Below are positions 27,046-36,082 of a stretch of 64,000 nucleotides of DNA, piece by piece. A program made the position numbers and the translations under genes. The stretch's first letter is position 1; every line of letters begins with the position of its first letter. The DNA lies in contig CAYQUS010000002.1 in assembly GCA_964421015.1 (NCBI GenBank), positions 8,538 to 72,537 of the forward strand, given 5' to 3'. This DNA comes from an uncultured Planctomycetia bacterium. GTDB lineage: Bacteria > Omnitrophota > Gorgyraeia > Tantalellales > Tantalellaceae. The notes under the pieces were generated by a model. That model was not told where the DNA came from. It made no database searches and worked only from the letters and a program-made list of their open reading frames with translations.

Positions 27046-30000
27046 GACCCGACCCCCTTCTTTCTTGAATGGGAATCACAAAGGAAAAACGCGACCATTT
27101 GCCGTATTCCGATTCCGCCCAGATCCTCCCGCCGTGGTAGGAAACCAGTTTTTTGCATATGGCAAGCCCCAGCCCTGTTCCGCCGGTTTTCCTGTCCTTG
27201 CCCTTGTCGAGCTGAACATATTCGTCAAAAAGCCTTGAAAGGTCCTCCTCTCTTATTCCGGCGCCAGTGTCTTCCACGGAAACCATGACCACATTTTCTT
27301 CTGTTTTAGCCTTGGTGAATATCGTAACCCCGCCTTTTTCGGTGAACTTAAAGGCGTTACTGAGAAGATTAACAAGCACCCTTGTTATAGCGTCGCTATC
27401 GAAAACAACTTGCGGAACATCTTCCCCGAGAGAAAGCGAAAACTCCAGACCTCTTTTTTCGGCTTCCGCGAGCATATCCCTGTACGTGCTCTCTACAAGT
27501 TTGTTTATATCGCCTTTTTCCATCACGAATTTTTCCTTGCCGGATTTAAGCCTCTGAAAATCCAGGACGTCGTTTATAAGCCTTCCAAGCCTGTCCACAT
27601 TTCGCGTGACGGTCTCGAGGAAATCTTTCTGCTCTTTGTTGATATCCCCGGCTATACCGTCAAGCACTATGGAAACTCCCGCTTTTATTGTAGTAAGGGG
27701 GGTCCTCAGCTCGTGGGAAACAGTAGATGTGAATTCTGTCTGCATATCCATGGCTTTCTCAAGCTCCGCCTCGGCTCTTTTCTGAAGGCTCAGGTCCACT
27801 ATTACTCCGTCCAGCCATACCGCTTTTCCTTCGTCGTCAAAAATACACTTGCCTTTATCTTTTACCCATACCATTTTCCCGTCACAACAGCGCAGCCTGT
27901 ACTCCACGTCATAAGCGCGCCTTGCGGCTACGGCTTCTCCTATCTCCTTATTGACACTTTCTCTGTCCTCTTCCTCTATAATGGAAGAAAAGGACCTTAC
28001 CCGGTTCATTATGAAATCCGTCACCGGGTACCCCGTAAGTCTCTGTATCTCATCGCTTATGAAATACATGGTCCAATCGGCGTCTTTTGCGCATCTATAG
28101 ACTATGCCGGGCATGTTCTCTACCAGGGTCCTGTACTTCTCCTCGCTTTCCCCTATTGCCCTCTGTGCCTTTTTAAGCTCGGAGATATCCGCGAAAGTCT
28201 CGAGAATGACCCTTTCTCCGCTTATCTCTATTTCTCTCACGTTCTTTATTATAGGAAGCTCTTCTCCGTCTGTTCTAAGAAGAGCGCTTTCAAAATTGAC
28301 CATTTCTCCGCCGGACCCCTCTGACGGGCAGGAACATGAACCATCAGCCTTGAAAAACCTTCCGCAATCGCTGCCCTCGGCGTCAAGCCTGGAAGAACCG
28401 CTCATTTTAAGGGCCATCTCGTTCATCCAAAGGATGGTCTTTTTGCTGTTCAGGATGGCTACGCCGAAAGGCGCTCTTTCAAGTATCTCTCTCACCTCAT
28501 CGTGAGCCTTCTGAAGTTCTGCCTCGAACCTTTTCCTTTCGGTGATATCTTCCTTGACCGCTACGAAATGTGTTACCTTGCCGTCAATGCCGCGTATGGC
28601 CGATATAGAAGCGCTTTCCCAGTAAAACTCTCCGTTCTTTTTTTTGTTGTAAAACTCGCCCCGCCACTCGCCTCCTGCCGAAATCGTGTCCCATAGGTTT
28701 TTATATACAAGGGCCGACTGCGCTCCGGACTTCAGTATTCTCGGGTTTTTGCCGAGACACTCTTCCCTTGTGTAGCCGGTGATCTCGGAGAATTTAGGAT
28801 TAACGTATTCTATTCTCCCGGAGGTATCGGTTATTACCACGCATGCGGGACTTTGTTCCACCGCCGCCGATAAATAACGCAGACGCCGCTCCCTTTGGTT
28901 CCTTTCGGTTACATCCCAAAAAACAAGTATAGCTCCGATCATTTTCTGATTCCTTATATTCCTTATCGGAGACGCGCTGCATTCTATCGCGAGTGTTTTT
29001 CCTTTCATCCCGGCAAAGACCATGTCCCCGGACAATTTCACGGTATTACCGGAGGCGATCGCCGCAAGAACGGGATTATCCAGCTTTTTCCCGGTAACTC
29101 TTTCCTTTATGGCAAAAATGTCATCTATTCGGCCTTCCGTTGACTCGGCGGACTCCCACCCTATCATTTCGCGGGCCACCCGGTTTATGGTCGCTATCCT
29201 TCCTTTTACATCCGTAAGAACTACTCCTTCCGCTATGCTCTCAAGGGCGGCGGAAAACCATTCCCGGCTTGTAGTGGTGCCCTGGAGTTCCATGGTCATT
29301 TTGTCGAAAGCCCTAGAAAGCTCGCCGACCTCATCGTTTGTCGTTATGTTTATCCTGTGCTTCAGGTCTCCCGCTCCTATTACCTCGGCTCCCTTCCTGA
29401 GAGCGGCCAGTGACGATGTTATTCTCCTTGAAACGATATTGCCGACCACAAAAAAAAGCATCACAGACAAAACAAATATCGCCCCGAGCCATAGTATGGT
29501 TTTTCTGGCTTCCTCATACGCCTCTTCCTCGTCCACCTTGGCGACAAGGGCCAGATTGGCCGTTCTGGCGTATCCCGTAGCCGCTATTACCTTTCTTCCC
29601 CTGTAATCCTCTACCCCGAACATCACTCTTATTTTCCCGGAGAGAGCCTCACGGGTAGAAACGGGAATGCTCCCTTCCTGTCCTCTCCATATGGCTTCTT
29701 CTTCAAAACGTCTCTTTATGGGCAAATTTATCTTCCCGGAACTGTCGCGGAAGACCACCAGTACTTCCCCCGTTTTCCCTCTACCGGCTATGCCGGTGAT
29801 AATATCGGTGAGAACTCCTGTTTTGAGCACCATGACGCCTACTCCCGTAACTCCGCCCGACGTCAAAAGGGGCCCGGACACAAAGATCTTATACTCCCCG
29901 TTCTCTTGGAAAAAGTGGATAGTCTCTTCTCTGGAGAAAAATCCTTCCCTTGAAATATCCTTCCCGATAAAATCTTCATCGGTAGAGACCATTACCCTTC

Positions 30001-30358
30001 CTGAAACATCCGCCAGCATTATCCTCTCTATATCCGCCGCCGCGTCTTCCGCTGTTTCCATCATTTTCTGTATACCTTCGAGATATTCCGCTTTACCGCT
30101 TTCAATGTATCCATCCCAAAACTCCCTAAGCCTTATCCTCCCGAGTATGAGCCTCAGCCCCATCATGCTTTTACCAAGGTAAGTTTCTATGTGATCGGCG
30201 GTGGAATCCGCCATGACCTCAAGCCGGCTCACCTCACGTTCCAGGACAGCCGCGTAAAAAAAACTTCCTATCACGGCGAAAACGAGCAGAAGAACGGAAA
30301 CGAATACCGCCAAGAAAGTTAAGCTTATCTTCGTCCCTATCCTTAGCCCCTTTTTCAT
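27038..30358 (-). CDS. sensor histidine kinase with periplasmic sensor domain, HAMP, multiple PAS/PAC domains, HisKA and HATPase_c
   Basis: TM-sensor-TM-HAMP region. Several PAS blocks (SPACVVITDTSGRIEYVNPKFSEITGY..., PGIVYRCAKDADWTMYFISDEIQRLTGY...). H-box VSHELRTPL. N/G boxes (LLSNAFKFT, GGTGLGLAICK). Confidence 0.9.
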   Translation of the reverse strand: MKKGLRIGTKISLTFLAVFVSVLLLVFAVIGSFFYAAVLEREVSRLEVMADSTADHIETYLGKSMMGLRLILGRIRLREFWDGYIESGKAEYLEGIQKMMETAEDAAADIERIMLADVSGRVMVSTDEDFIGKDISREGFFSREETIHFFQENGEYKIFVSGPLLTSGGVTGVGVMVLKTGVLTDIITGIAGRGKTGEVLVVFRDSSGKINLPIKRRFEEEAIWRGQEGSIPVSTREALSGKIRVMFGVEDYRGRKVIAATGYARTANLALVAKVDEEEAYEEARKTILWLGAIFVLSVMLFFVVGNIVSRRITSSLAALRKGAEVIGAGDLKHRINITTNDEVGELSRAFDKMTMELQGTTTSREWFSAALESIAEGVVLTDVKGRIATINRVAREMIGWESAESTEGRIDDIFAIKERVTGKKLDNPVLAAIASGNTVKLSGDMVFAGMKGKTLAIECSASPIRNIRNQKMIGAILVFWDVTERNQRERRLRYLSAAVEQSPACVVITDTSGRIEYVNPKFSEITGYTREECLGKNPRILKSGAQSALVYKNLWDTISAGGEWRGEFYNKKKNGEFYWESASISAIRGIDGKVTHFVAVKEDITERKRFEAELQKAHDEVREILERAPFGVAILNSKKTILWMNEMALKMSGSSRLDAEGSDCGRFFKADGSCSCPSEGSGGEMVNFESALLRTDGEELPIIKNVREIEISGERVILETFADISELKKAQRAIGESEEKYRTLVENMPGIVYRCAKDADWTMYFISDEIQRLTGYPVTDFIMNRVRSFSSIIEEEDRESVNKEIGEAVAARRAYDVEYRLRCCDGKMVWVKDKGKCIFDDEGKAVWLDGVIVDLSLQKRAEAELEKAMDMQTEFTSTVSHELRTPLTTIKAGVSIVLDGIAGDINKEQKDFLETVTRNVDRLGRLINDVLDFQRLKSGKEKFVMEKGDINKLVESTYRDMLAEAEKRGLEFSLSLGEDVPQVVFDSDAITRVLVNLLSNAFKFTEKGGVTIFTKAKTEENVVMVSVEDTGAGIREEDLSRLFDEYVQLDKGKDRKTGGTGLGLAICKKLVSYHGGRIWAESEYGKWSRFSFVIPIQERRGSGRA

Positions 30359-30359
30359 C

Positions 30360-30740
30360 CTAGCCCCTCTTTTGGGTAACGGTTTCTATCTTGTTTATAA
30401 GAAGCCCCAGGTCGAATGGTTTTATGAAATACGCGTCGGCGCCGGTTTCGAAAGCTTTTTCCCTGTCTTTCTGGCGGTCCAGCGCCGAAAGGACTATTAT
30501 GGGGATATCTTTGTATCTCTCGTCGAATTTAAGCATCCGGCAGACCTCGAACCCGCTGATCTTCGGCATCATGAGGTCCAGTATGATAACGTCGGGCGGG
30601 GATTTTTTCACTATATCCATCGTCTCTTCTCCGTCTCTCGCCTGCATGACGCTGTACCCCGCTACCTCAAGGCGCATAGAGAGTATTTTCCTGATATCGT
30701 CATTGTCCTCGCTTAAAAGAACTTTTATATTCCCGCTCAT
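30360..30740 (-). CDS. response regulator, receiver domain only
   Basis: KVLLSEDNDDIRK...DVIILDLMMPKISGFEV...PIIVLSA...ADAYFIKPF. Confidence 0.85.
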   Translation of the reverse strand: MSGNIKVLLSEDNDDIRKILSMRLEVAGYSVMQARDGEETMDIVKKSPPDVIILDLMMPKISGFEVCRMLKFDERYKDIPIIVLSALDRQKDREKAFETGADAYFIKPFDLGLLINKIETVTQKRG

Positions 30741-30763
30741 TCGTTACCGTCCTTCGTTTGACG

Positions 30764-30955
30764 TCAGACGAACTTTTCTTTTTGAGATCTTATGTACCTG
30801 TACGAATCCATGCTTTCGGACGCCAGGGGTTCTATTTTGCTTTTTATGGAGCTGTCAGAAAGTTCATTGAGTAGGTCCGTGTACACCACTACCGCTTCCC
30901 TTATGAGATCTTCTATTTCGTTCATGTACTCCGCGTAATCCTCTTTAGTAAACAT
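30764..30955 (-). CDS. small acidic protein (63 aa), cassette B paralog of 25303..25497
   Basis: MFTKEDYAEYMNEIE... The 11-nt overlap with the upstream gene is the same as in cassette A. Confidence 0.55.
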   Translation of the reverse strand: MFTKEDYAEYMNEIEDLIREAVVVYTDLLNELSDSSIKSKIEPLASESMDSYRYIRSQKEKFV

Positions 30956-31184
30956 TAGTTTCCCCGTTTTTTATCTCTTCCATTATGGACTCCAGCGCCG
31001 CGAAATGTTTGGTATGCGTCACCGCCATCTCCTGGAACTTCTCCAGCATCTTCTCCTTTTGCTCTCCCCCGAGAGAGCCGTGCGTCACGGCGGAGGCTAT
31101 ATGCCTGTTGAGGTGGAGAACCAGCCTCTTCTGTATTTCCATGGCCTTTTCCACGCCTTCTATGAGCTTCTTTTTCCCTATCAC
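30945..31184 (-). CDS. small helical protein (79 aa), cassette B paralog of 25487..25738
   Basis: See cassette A. Confidence 0.55.
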   Translation of the reverse strand: MIGKKKLIEGVEKAMEIQKRLVLHLNRHIASAVTHGSLGGEQKEKMLEKFQEMAVTHTKHFAALESIMEEIKNGETNVY

Positions 31185-33013
31185 CTTAACATCTCCTTTT
31201 CCAGGGTTTCCCTGTCTGACTGAGTTATGGTTATAACTCCTATCCTCGCGGGGTATCCGCTCTTTTCTTTTTTTGCGCAGATCTCCACCACGCTCCCGTC
31301 GAATATTATGGTTTTCCCGTTTTTTTGCTCAAGCCTGCACATTATCACGGTCCCCGGCTCGGCCTTCTCTTTTAATCTCCCCTCAAAACAGACCTGCCAT
31401 GTCTGGGGAGAGAGCTTAACGAGTTCCGGCCTGGAATCTACCGTCCTGTAAGCGAATATTACATTCTTTCTCAGCTTTTTGCAAACACCTTCCTCGATAC
31501 CCTTACGGTTAAAATAGAATACGGAAGAAAGAACAAAACAGTGATATGCCGCCCAGAAACAGTTCACTATTATCGCGGGTTCCCTTTCATACAGAAACCT
31601 GTTGAAACCCCAGACCATTGAGATATAACTTATCGCCAGCATCCCAAGCTGCGGCCATAGCCTTACGTAGGGTATCACCGCCCCTTTTGTTTTTTCGGTT
31701 ATCCCGAAGGTCGTTTTTATCCCGAAAAGCGAGCTGACGGCGGCTCTCACGTATACAGTGAACGTTATGCTCCCGAGAAGCTGGCCGGTAAAGAGGTCCT
31801 TCACTGTATAGTGCCTGTCCCCGAGAACGGTGTAGAATACCGTCATGGTAAGCATTATGTACGGCAGGAACGTGAGAAGGTATATGTCAGGATTAATGAA
31901 GAACGACGGCACTCTAAAAAGAAGGTAAAGCGCGGGGAATATCATAAGGATAAAAAAGGCGAAACCTACCAGATAGTACGACCCCGACAGAAAATATTCC
32001 CACCACTGGCGGAGTTTCAGCGAAAAAGGATCCGAGACCATCCCGAGAAGCACTCTTTTCAATACCGCTATCGTCCCGTTAGCCCACCTGTACTGCTGTT
32101 TAAGGTAACCTGTAAGGTTTTCCGGGGCCATACCGAAGGCGTAAGTGTGGTTGTAATACAGAGATCTCCATTTTCTTTTGTGGAGCTTGAGCGACGTGGC
32201 GAAATCCTCGGTCACCGTGGATTCATCCAGCCCTCCCACATCCATAAGAGCCTCTCTCCTGAAAATTATGTTGGTGCCGCAGCAGAACATGGCTTCCTGG
32301 GAACTTTTGCCCTCGCAGATATACTCATAAAAAACAGCCTGCTGGAAAGCCGCCGCCTTGGCCACCCGGCTTTCCTCGGTGTTAGTATAGAACTGGGGTG
32401 TCTGAACAAAGGCCAGCCTGTCATCCTCCTCCATTATGGAAACCACCCTGTTGAGGAACTCCGGAAGGGGGCACTGGTCCGCGTCGAAGACCGCGACATA
32501 TTTGTGGTCTATTGTCCCGAGAAAATCGTTTATTATGCCGGCCTTGGCTCCGTGCCTTTTTTCTCTCCTGAAAAGCCTTACGCCCAGCGCCGACGTTATT
32601 TCATCCGCTTCTTTCTTGTATTTTTCGTCGGAACTGTCGTCGAGAAAGAACACTTCCTTGTTGGTGTAATTAAGATTCACAAGGCTTATTAAGGTGTCTT
32701 CCAGAACCTCTTTGGGTTCATGTCTCGCGGCCACTATCACGGCTACCGTGGGTTCATGCTCGACTTTAACATGCGCCGTCTTATCCGCTCTCTCCTGTAG
32801 TTTCTTGGTATTGTACGCTCTGGCCACGTTCATCACATATCCTATCCCGTGGAGAATTATGAAAAATTCCCCGAAAAGCAGGAACATCGAGGCTATCTTA
32901 TCGGCGCCGGAATAGTTGGCATACCCGAAAAAAACGGACCTGACTACGACATAGACAATGATCGCCATCACCGACATAAGGACCAGAGAATCAATGAGAG
33001 TTCTTTTTTTCAC
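31181..33013 (-). CDS. GT2-family processive polysaccharide synthase (cellulose-synthase-like), multi-TM, possible C-terminal PilZ-like region
   Basis: Motifs DDSSDE, VFDADQ, TEDFATS and QQYRWANG (QxxRW), with flanking TM helices. The C-terminal ~120 aa is soluble. Confidence 0.75.
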   Translation of the reverse strand: MKKRTLIDSLVLMSVMAIIVYVVVRSVFFGYANYSGADKIASMFLLFGEFFIILHGIGYVMNVARAYNTKKLQERADKTAHVKVEHEPTVAVIVAARHEPKEVLEDTLISLVNLNYTNKEVFFLDDSSDEKYKKEADEITSALGVRLFRREKRHGAKAGIINDFLGTIDHKYVAVFDADQCPLPEFLNRVVSIMEEDDRLAFVQTPQFYTNTEESRVAKAAAFQQAVFYEYICEGKSSQEAMFCCGTNIIFRREALMDVGGLDESTVTEDFATSLKLHKRKWRSLYYNHTYAFGMAPENLTGYLKQQYRWANGTIAVLKRVLLGMVSDPFSLKLRQWWEYFLSGSYYLVGFAFFILMIFPALYLLFRVPSFFINPDIYLLTFLPYIMLTMTVFYTVLGDRHYTVKDLFTGQLLGSITFTVYVRAAVSSLFGIKTTFGITEKTKGAVIPYVRLWPQLGMLAISYISMVWGFNRFLYEREPAIIVNCFWAAYHCFVLSSVFYFNRKGIEEGVCKKLRKNVIFAYRTVDSRPELVKLSPQTWQVCFEGRLKEKAEPGTVIMCRLEQKNGKTIIFDGSVVEICAKKEKSGYPARIGVITITQSDRETLEKEMLR

Positions 33014-33049
33014 GAAAATCCCTGTTTTTTACCGACATAACGTTCGCTT

Positions 33050-35074
33050 TTAAAAGTAATACTTTATTCCTGCCACGAACTCGCTTTCCTCATAAACCCC
33101 CGCGCTTGAACCCATGAACCCGCCTCGCACGTTCAGATTGAACCTTTTTGTGATATCCCACCCCGCTTCCCATGAGAACTTGTTGCCGGCTATGTACTGG
33201 GAATCCACGATGAGCTCATATTTGACGTCGTAGTATATGTCGTTGGCCCCGAAAAATCTCTCTTCCTTATTAAGATAGTGCCTCCAGTTGACAAGGAAGG
33301 TGTTGGACGAGAACCCTTTCGGGGAAAAATACTCCCCCACCTTGTTCTTGAACTCCCTGTAGGAGTATCTGTACCCCGCGGTCAGAAGTCTCGGCTCAAA
33401 GGATAACCTGTAAAGAACATCGACCGAAGGCTCATTGAGGACATTCCCGTCGGAATAGGCCGCCGCCGTGTAATCCGCTCCGGCTCTCAAACGGTTTGTG
33501 ATATCGAAATAAACGCTGTTCCGGAACCTGTTACGGGTAAAGTTCCTTCGTATGACCTCGCTGTTATTCTCAAGCTTCTCCCTGTCATAGGTAAAAAGAA
33601 ATTCTCCCAAGTCGAATATCCTGCGGGAAAAACTTGCGCCGAATAAATGCGTAAATTCATCGATGCCTCCGGCATATCCCATAACTCCGTAATATCCCGA
33701 AGCTCTCCAGTCCGGGCCATTGAGCCAGGTAAACTTGAATCTTCCCTCGTTCTCGGTAGTATCCCGGAAATCCCGATACTGCCTTCCCCTGAGAGCGTAT
33801 TCAACATCCATGAAAAACCTGCCGGACAGGGGGAACCTCACTCCGCTGAGAAGCTCATGTATCCTCATATCCATGTCCCTTCCCGCAGAATCTCCTTCGA
33901 AATACCTGTACCTCGCCGATGAAAGCGGATGTTTTGAGATGAGAAGGGCCTTTTCTTTTCCTTCCTTCGCCCTGAAGTGCGCAGGGTTTTTCTCCAAAAT
34001 CCCTTCGTATTCGCTCAGCGCGTCGTCCCACATTGATTGGTACGCGTAGATCTGGCTGAGGTCGAACATGGCTTCCGTGTTTTCCGGCTCAAGTTTTATA
34101 AGCTCTGAATAGAGTTTTATGGCTTTTTTGACCCTTCCCGACCAGTACGCCTTTTTAGCCCCGCCTTCGAGCCTGGCCGCAGAGCTTTCGCTTTTTGCTG
34201 CCAGGGACTCGTACTCTTTTTCAGCCTCAGAATATCTTCTGTCCCATCCCATAACTCTCGCCTTCTGCCTGTGGACCTTTTCGTCGTATTTTGCGGACAG
34301 GATCTCGTCGTATAGATTAAGGGCTTTTTCGTACTGTTTGTCCCAACTGAGAACATCGGCCAGTTTTATCTTAACTTCGTCGTTTGGTTTATCCTTAAGG
34401 ATCTCGCCGTAAAGCTTCTCGGCTTCCGCGAACCTCCGGCTGTAGGCATATGTATCGGCCAAAAGGGCCTTAGCCTCAATGTTATCTTTGTCCCCTGCCA
34501 GGATACTTTTAAGGACCTCTTCGGCTAGGGCTGGCTTACCTGAATACAAGAACGCTTTTGCCTTAAGCATCCCCGCCCTCGGCTCTTTCGCCGAGCCCGA
34601 CTCTTCTATAAAGCGCAGGGCTTCGTCATATTCCCCCTTCCAGATAAGTATCTCGGCGAACCTCAAAAGAACATCTTCGTTTTTATCTCCCGAAGAAACA
34701 AGCTTCTTGTATTCTTCTTTCGCGCTGTCTATATCGCCTCTCCAGACATATACCTCCGCCAGATCTTTCATCGCTTCCCTGTTTGAAGGGTCGATCTTAA
34801 GTATTTCCCGGTATTCCGTTACGGCCTCGCCGTACCTTTTCTCCCAGCTCAAAAGTTTAGCCAGCGACATCCTCGCCTTGATATCGTCCGGCTTGTCTTT
34901 TACTATCAGGGAATAAGCTGCGATTGCCTTTTCGTTCTGTCCGCTGGCAAGATACGTTTCCGCGAGAAGAGCGGAAATCTTGTCTTTGTCGGCCGAAAGA
35001 GCATTCTTCCCGGAGAGAAAGAATAGGGATGCGCACAAAAGAGAAAAAACAACCCTGGCGAGATTATTTTTCAT
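33050..35074 (-). CDS. TPR-repeat protein with a C-terminal outer-membrane beta-barrel (BcsC/PgaA-like polysaccharide export porin)
   Basis: Signal peptide. More than 8 TPR units in the N-terminal 400 aa. The C-terminal 270 aa has alternating aromatic beta-strands and ends in a terminal F (…GIKYYF). Confidence 0.65.
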   Translation of the reverse strand: MKNNLARVVFSLLCASLFFLSGKNALSADKDKISALLAETYLASGQNEKAIAAYSLIVKDKPDDIKARMSLAKLLSWEKRYGEAVTEYREILKIDPSNREAMKDLAEVYVWRGDIDSAKEEYKKLVSSGDKNEDVLLRFAEILIWKGEYDEALRFIEESGSAKEPRAGMLKAKAFLYSGKPALAEEVLKSILAGDKDNIEAKALLADTYAYSRRFAEAEKLYGEILKDKPNDEVKIKLADVLSWDKQYEKALNLYDEILSAKYDEKVHRQKARVMGWDRRYSEAEKEYESLAAKSESSAARLEGGAKKAYWSGRVKKAIKLYSELIKLEPENTEAMFDLSQIYAYQSMWDDALSEYEGILEKNPAHFRAKEGKEKALLISKHPLSSARYRYFEGDSAGRDMDMRIHELLSGVRFPLSGRFFMDVEYALRGRQYRDFRDTTENEGRFKFTWLNGPDWRASGYYGVMGYAGGIDEFTHLFGASFSRRIFDLGEFLFTYDREKLENNSEVIRRNFTRNRFRNSVYFDITNRLRAGADYTAAAYSDGNVLNEPSVDVLYRLSFEPRLLTAGYRYSYREFKNKVGEYFSPKGFSSNTFLVNWRHYLNKEERFFGANDIYYDVKYELIVDSQYIAGNKFSWEAGWDITKRFNLNVRGGFMGSSAGVYEESEFVAGIKYYF

Positions 35075-35684
35075 TGCTCTCCTTCAGCATTCTTTCAAGA
35101 ACACTCGACGCTTCAAGGCTGTTCCCCGAGTAGTAGAGCGCTTTGCCCATCATAAAAAGAGCATCCATGTCCCGGGGGTCCCTTTCAAGTATAGGCCCCA
35201 GCATATTCTCCGCCTTGTCGTATTTACCGCTCCAGAGATAAAGTTCGGCAAGCTTCTTTTTAACCGTTATATTTCCGGTTTCCAGCAGTTTTTCCCTTAA
35301 TATCGCTACCGCCTCGTCATATTGCCTGTTCCATGAATAGGCATCCGCGAGAGCGCATGGTATTTTTTTATCATCGGGAAAATCCGCTTCGGCCTTTAAA
35401 AGAAAAGGTATGGCTTCTCCGGGTCTTCCTGTCCAGAGATAGGAGTATCCCAGTTCAAGCTCGGCTTCTTTGTTCCCGGGGGAAAGTTCCAGGCTTTTTT
35501 CAAGGAACGGGGCCGCCTGCAGGTATTTCCCTGAAAGAAAAAGCCGGTGTCCCTGATAAAAATTAATGCTGGGTTTTTGTGTGGAGTGGTATAGCAGGGA
35601 AATAACGAACGCCGCCGCGGCAAGGGCTAATACAGCTATGACCCTTCTCATTTCAATGGCTCCTGGTTGTTTTTTTACCCGCAA
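35064..35684 (-). CDS. TPR-repeat protein, membrane-anchored
   Basis: TM anchor followed by TPR units (LELGYSYLWTGRPGEAIPFLLKA...). Confidence 0.6.
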   Translation of the reverse strand: MRVKKQPGAIEMRRVIAVLALAAAAFVISLLYHSTQKPSINFYQGHRLFLSGKYLQAAPFLEKSLELSPGNKEAELELGYSYLWTGRPGEAIPFLLKAEADFPDDKKIPCALADAYSWNRQYDEAVAILREKLLETGNITVKKKLAELYLWSGKYDKAENMLGPILERDPRDMDALFMMGKALYYSGNSLEASSVLERMLKESNEK

Positions 35685-36081
35685 ATGGCCGCGTTTTTCT
35701 CTTTTTGCCGAACCTTAAAGCCGTGTACCCGTCTATTTCCGCCACAGACCTGAAAACATGCCTGTGCCCGAATTCATTTGAGATCCCCTCACAGTCGTCT
35801 GCCGGATGGTCCCGGCATATAAGAGGCCTGTCTTCGTATATGGCGCATTCGCCACGCCTCGTAAGAAAAGAGCAGTCGCTGAAAACCTGCAGGAACCATT
35901 TGCGCTTATCCACGAACACAACCACTTTTTTGTGCGCGAGGTACCACCTTATTTCGTCGAAATCCTCCAGGGTCCTCGGCGTATCTATCTCTAAAGCGAA
36001 ATAACGGCAGCATTTTGCCCCGCATCTCTCGCAGTCCGCCTGTTTCTTTTTAGAAAGATCTCTCTTGCCCCTGCCGGCCAT
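35653..36081 (-). CDS. YkgJ-family cysteine-cluster (zinc/iron-chelating) protein
   Basis: CERCGAKCCRYF...C.IY..RP..CR is the characteristic YkgJ/UPF0153 Cys motif. Confidence 0.65.
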   Translation of the reverse strand: MAGRGKRDLSKKKQADCERCGAKCCRYFALEIDTPRTLEDFDEIRWYLAHKKVVVFVDKRKWFLQVFSDCSFLTRRGECAIYEDRPLICRDHPADDCEGISNEFGHRHVFRSVAEIDGYTALRFGKKRKTRPFAGKKTTRSH

Positions 36082-36082
36082 A

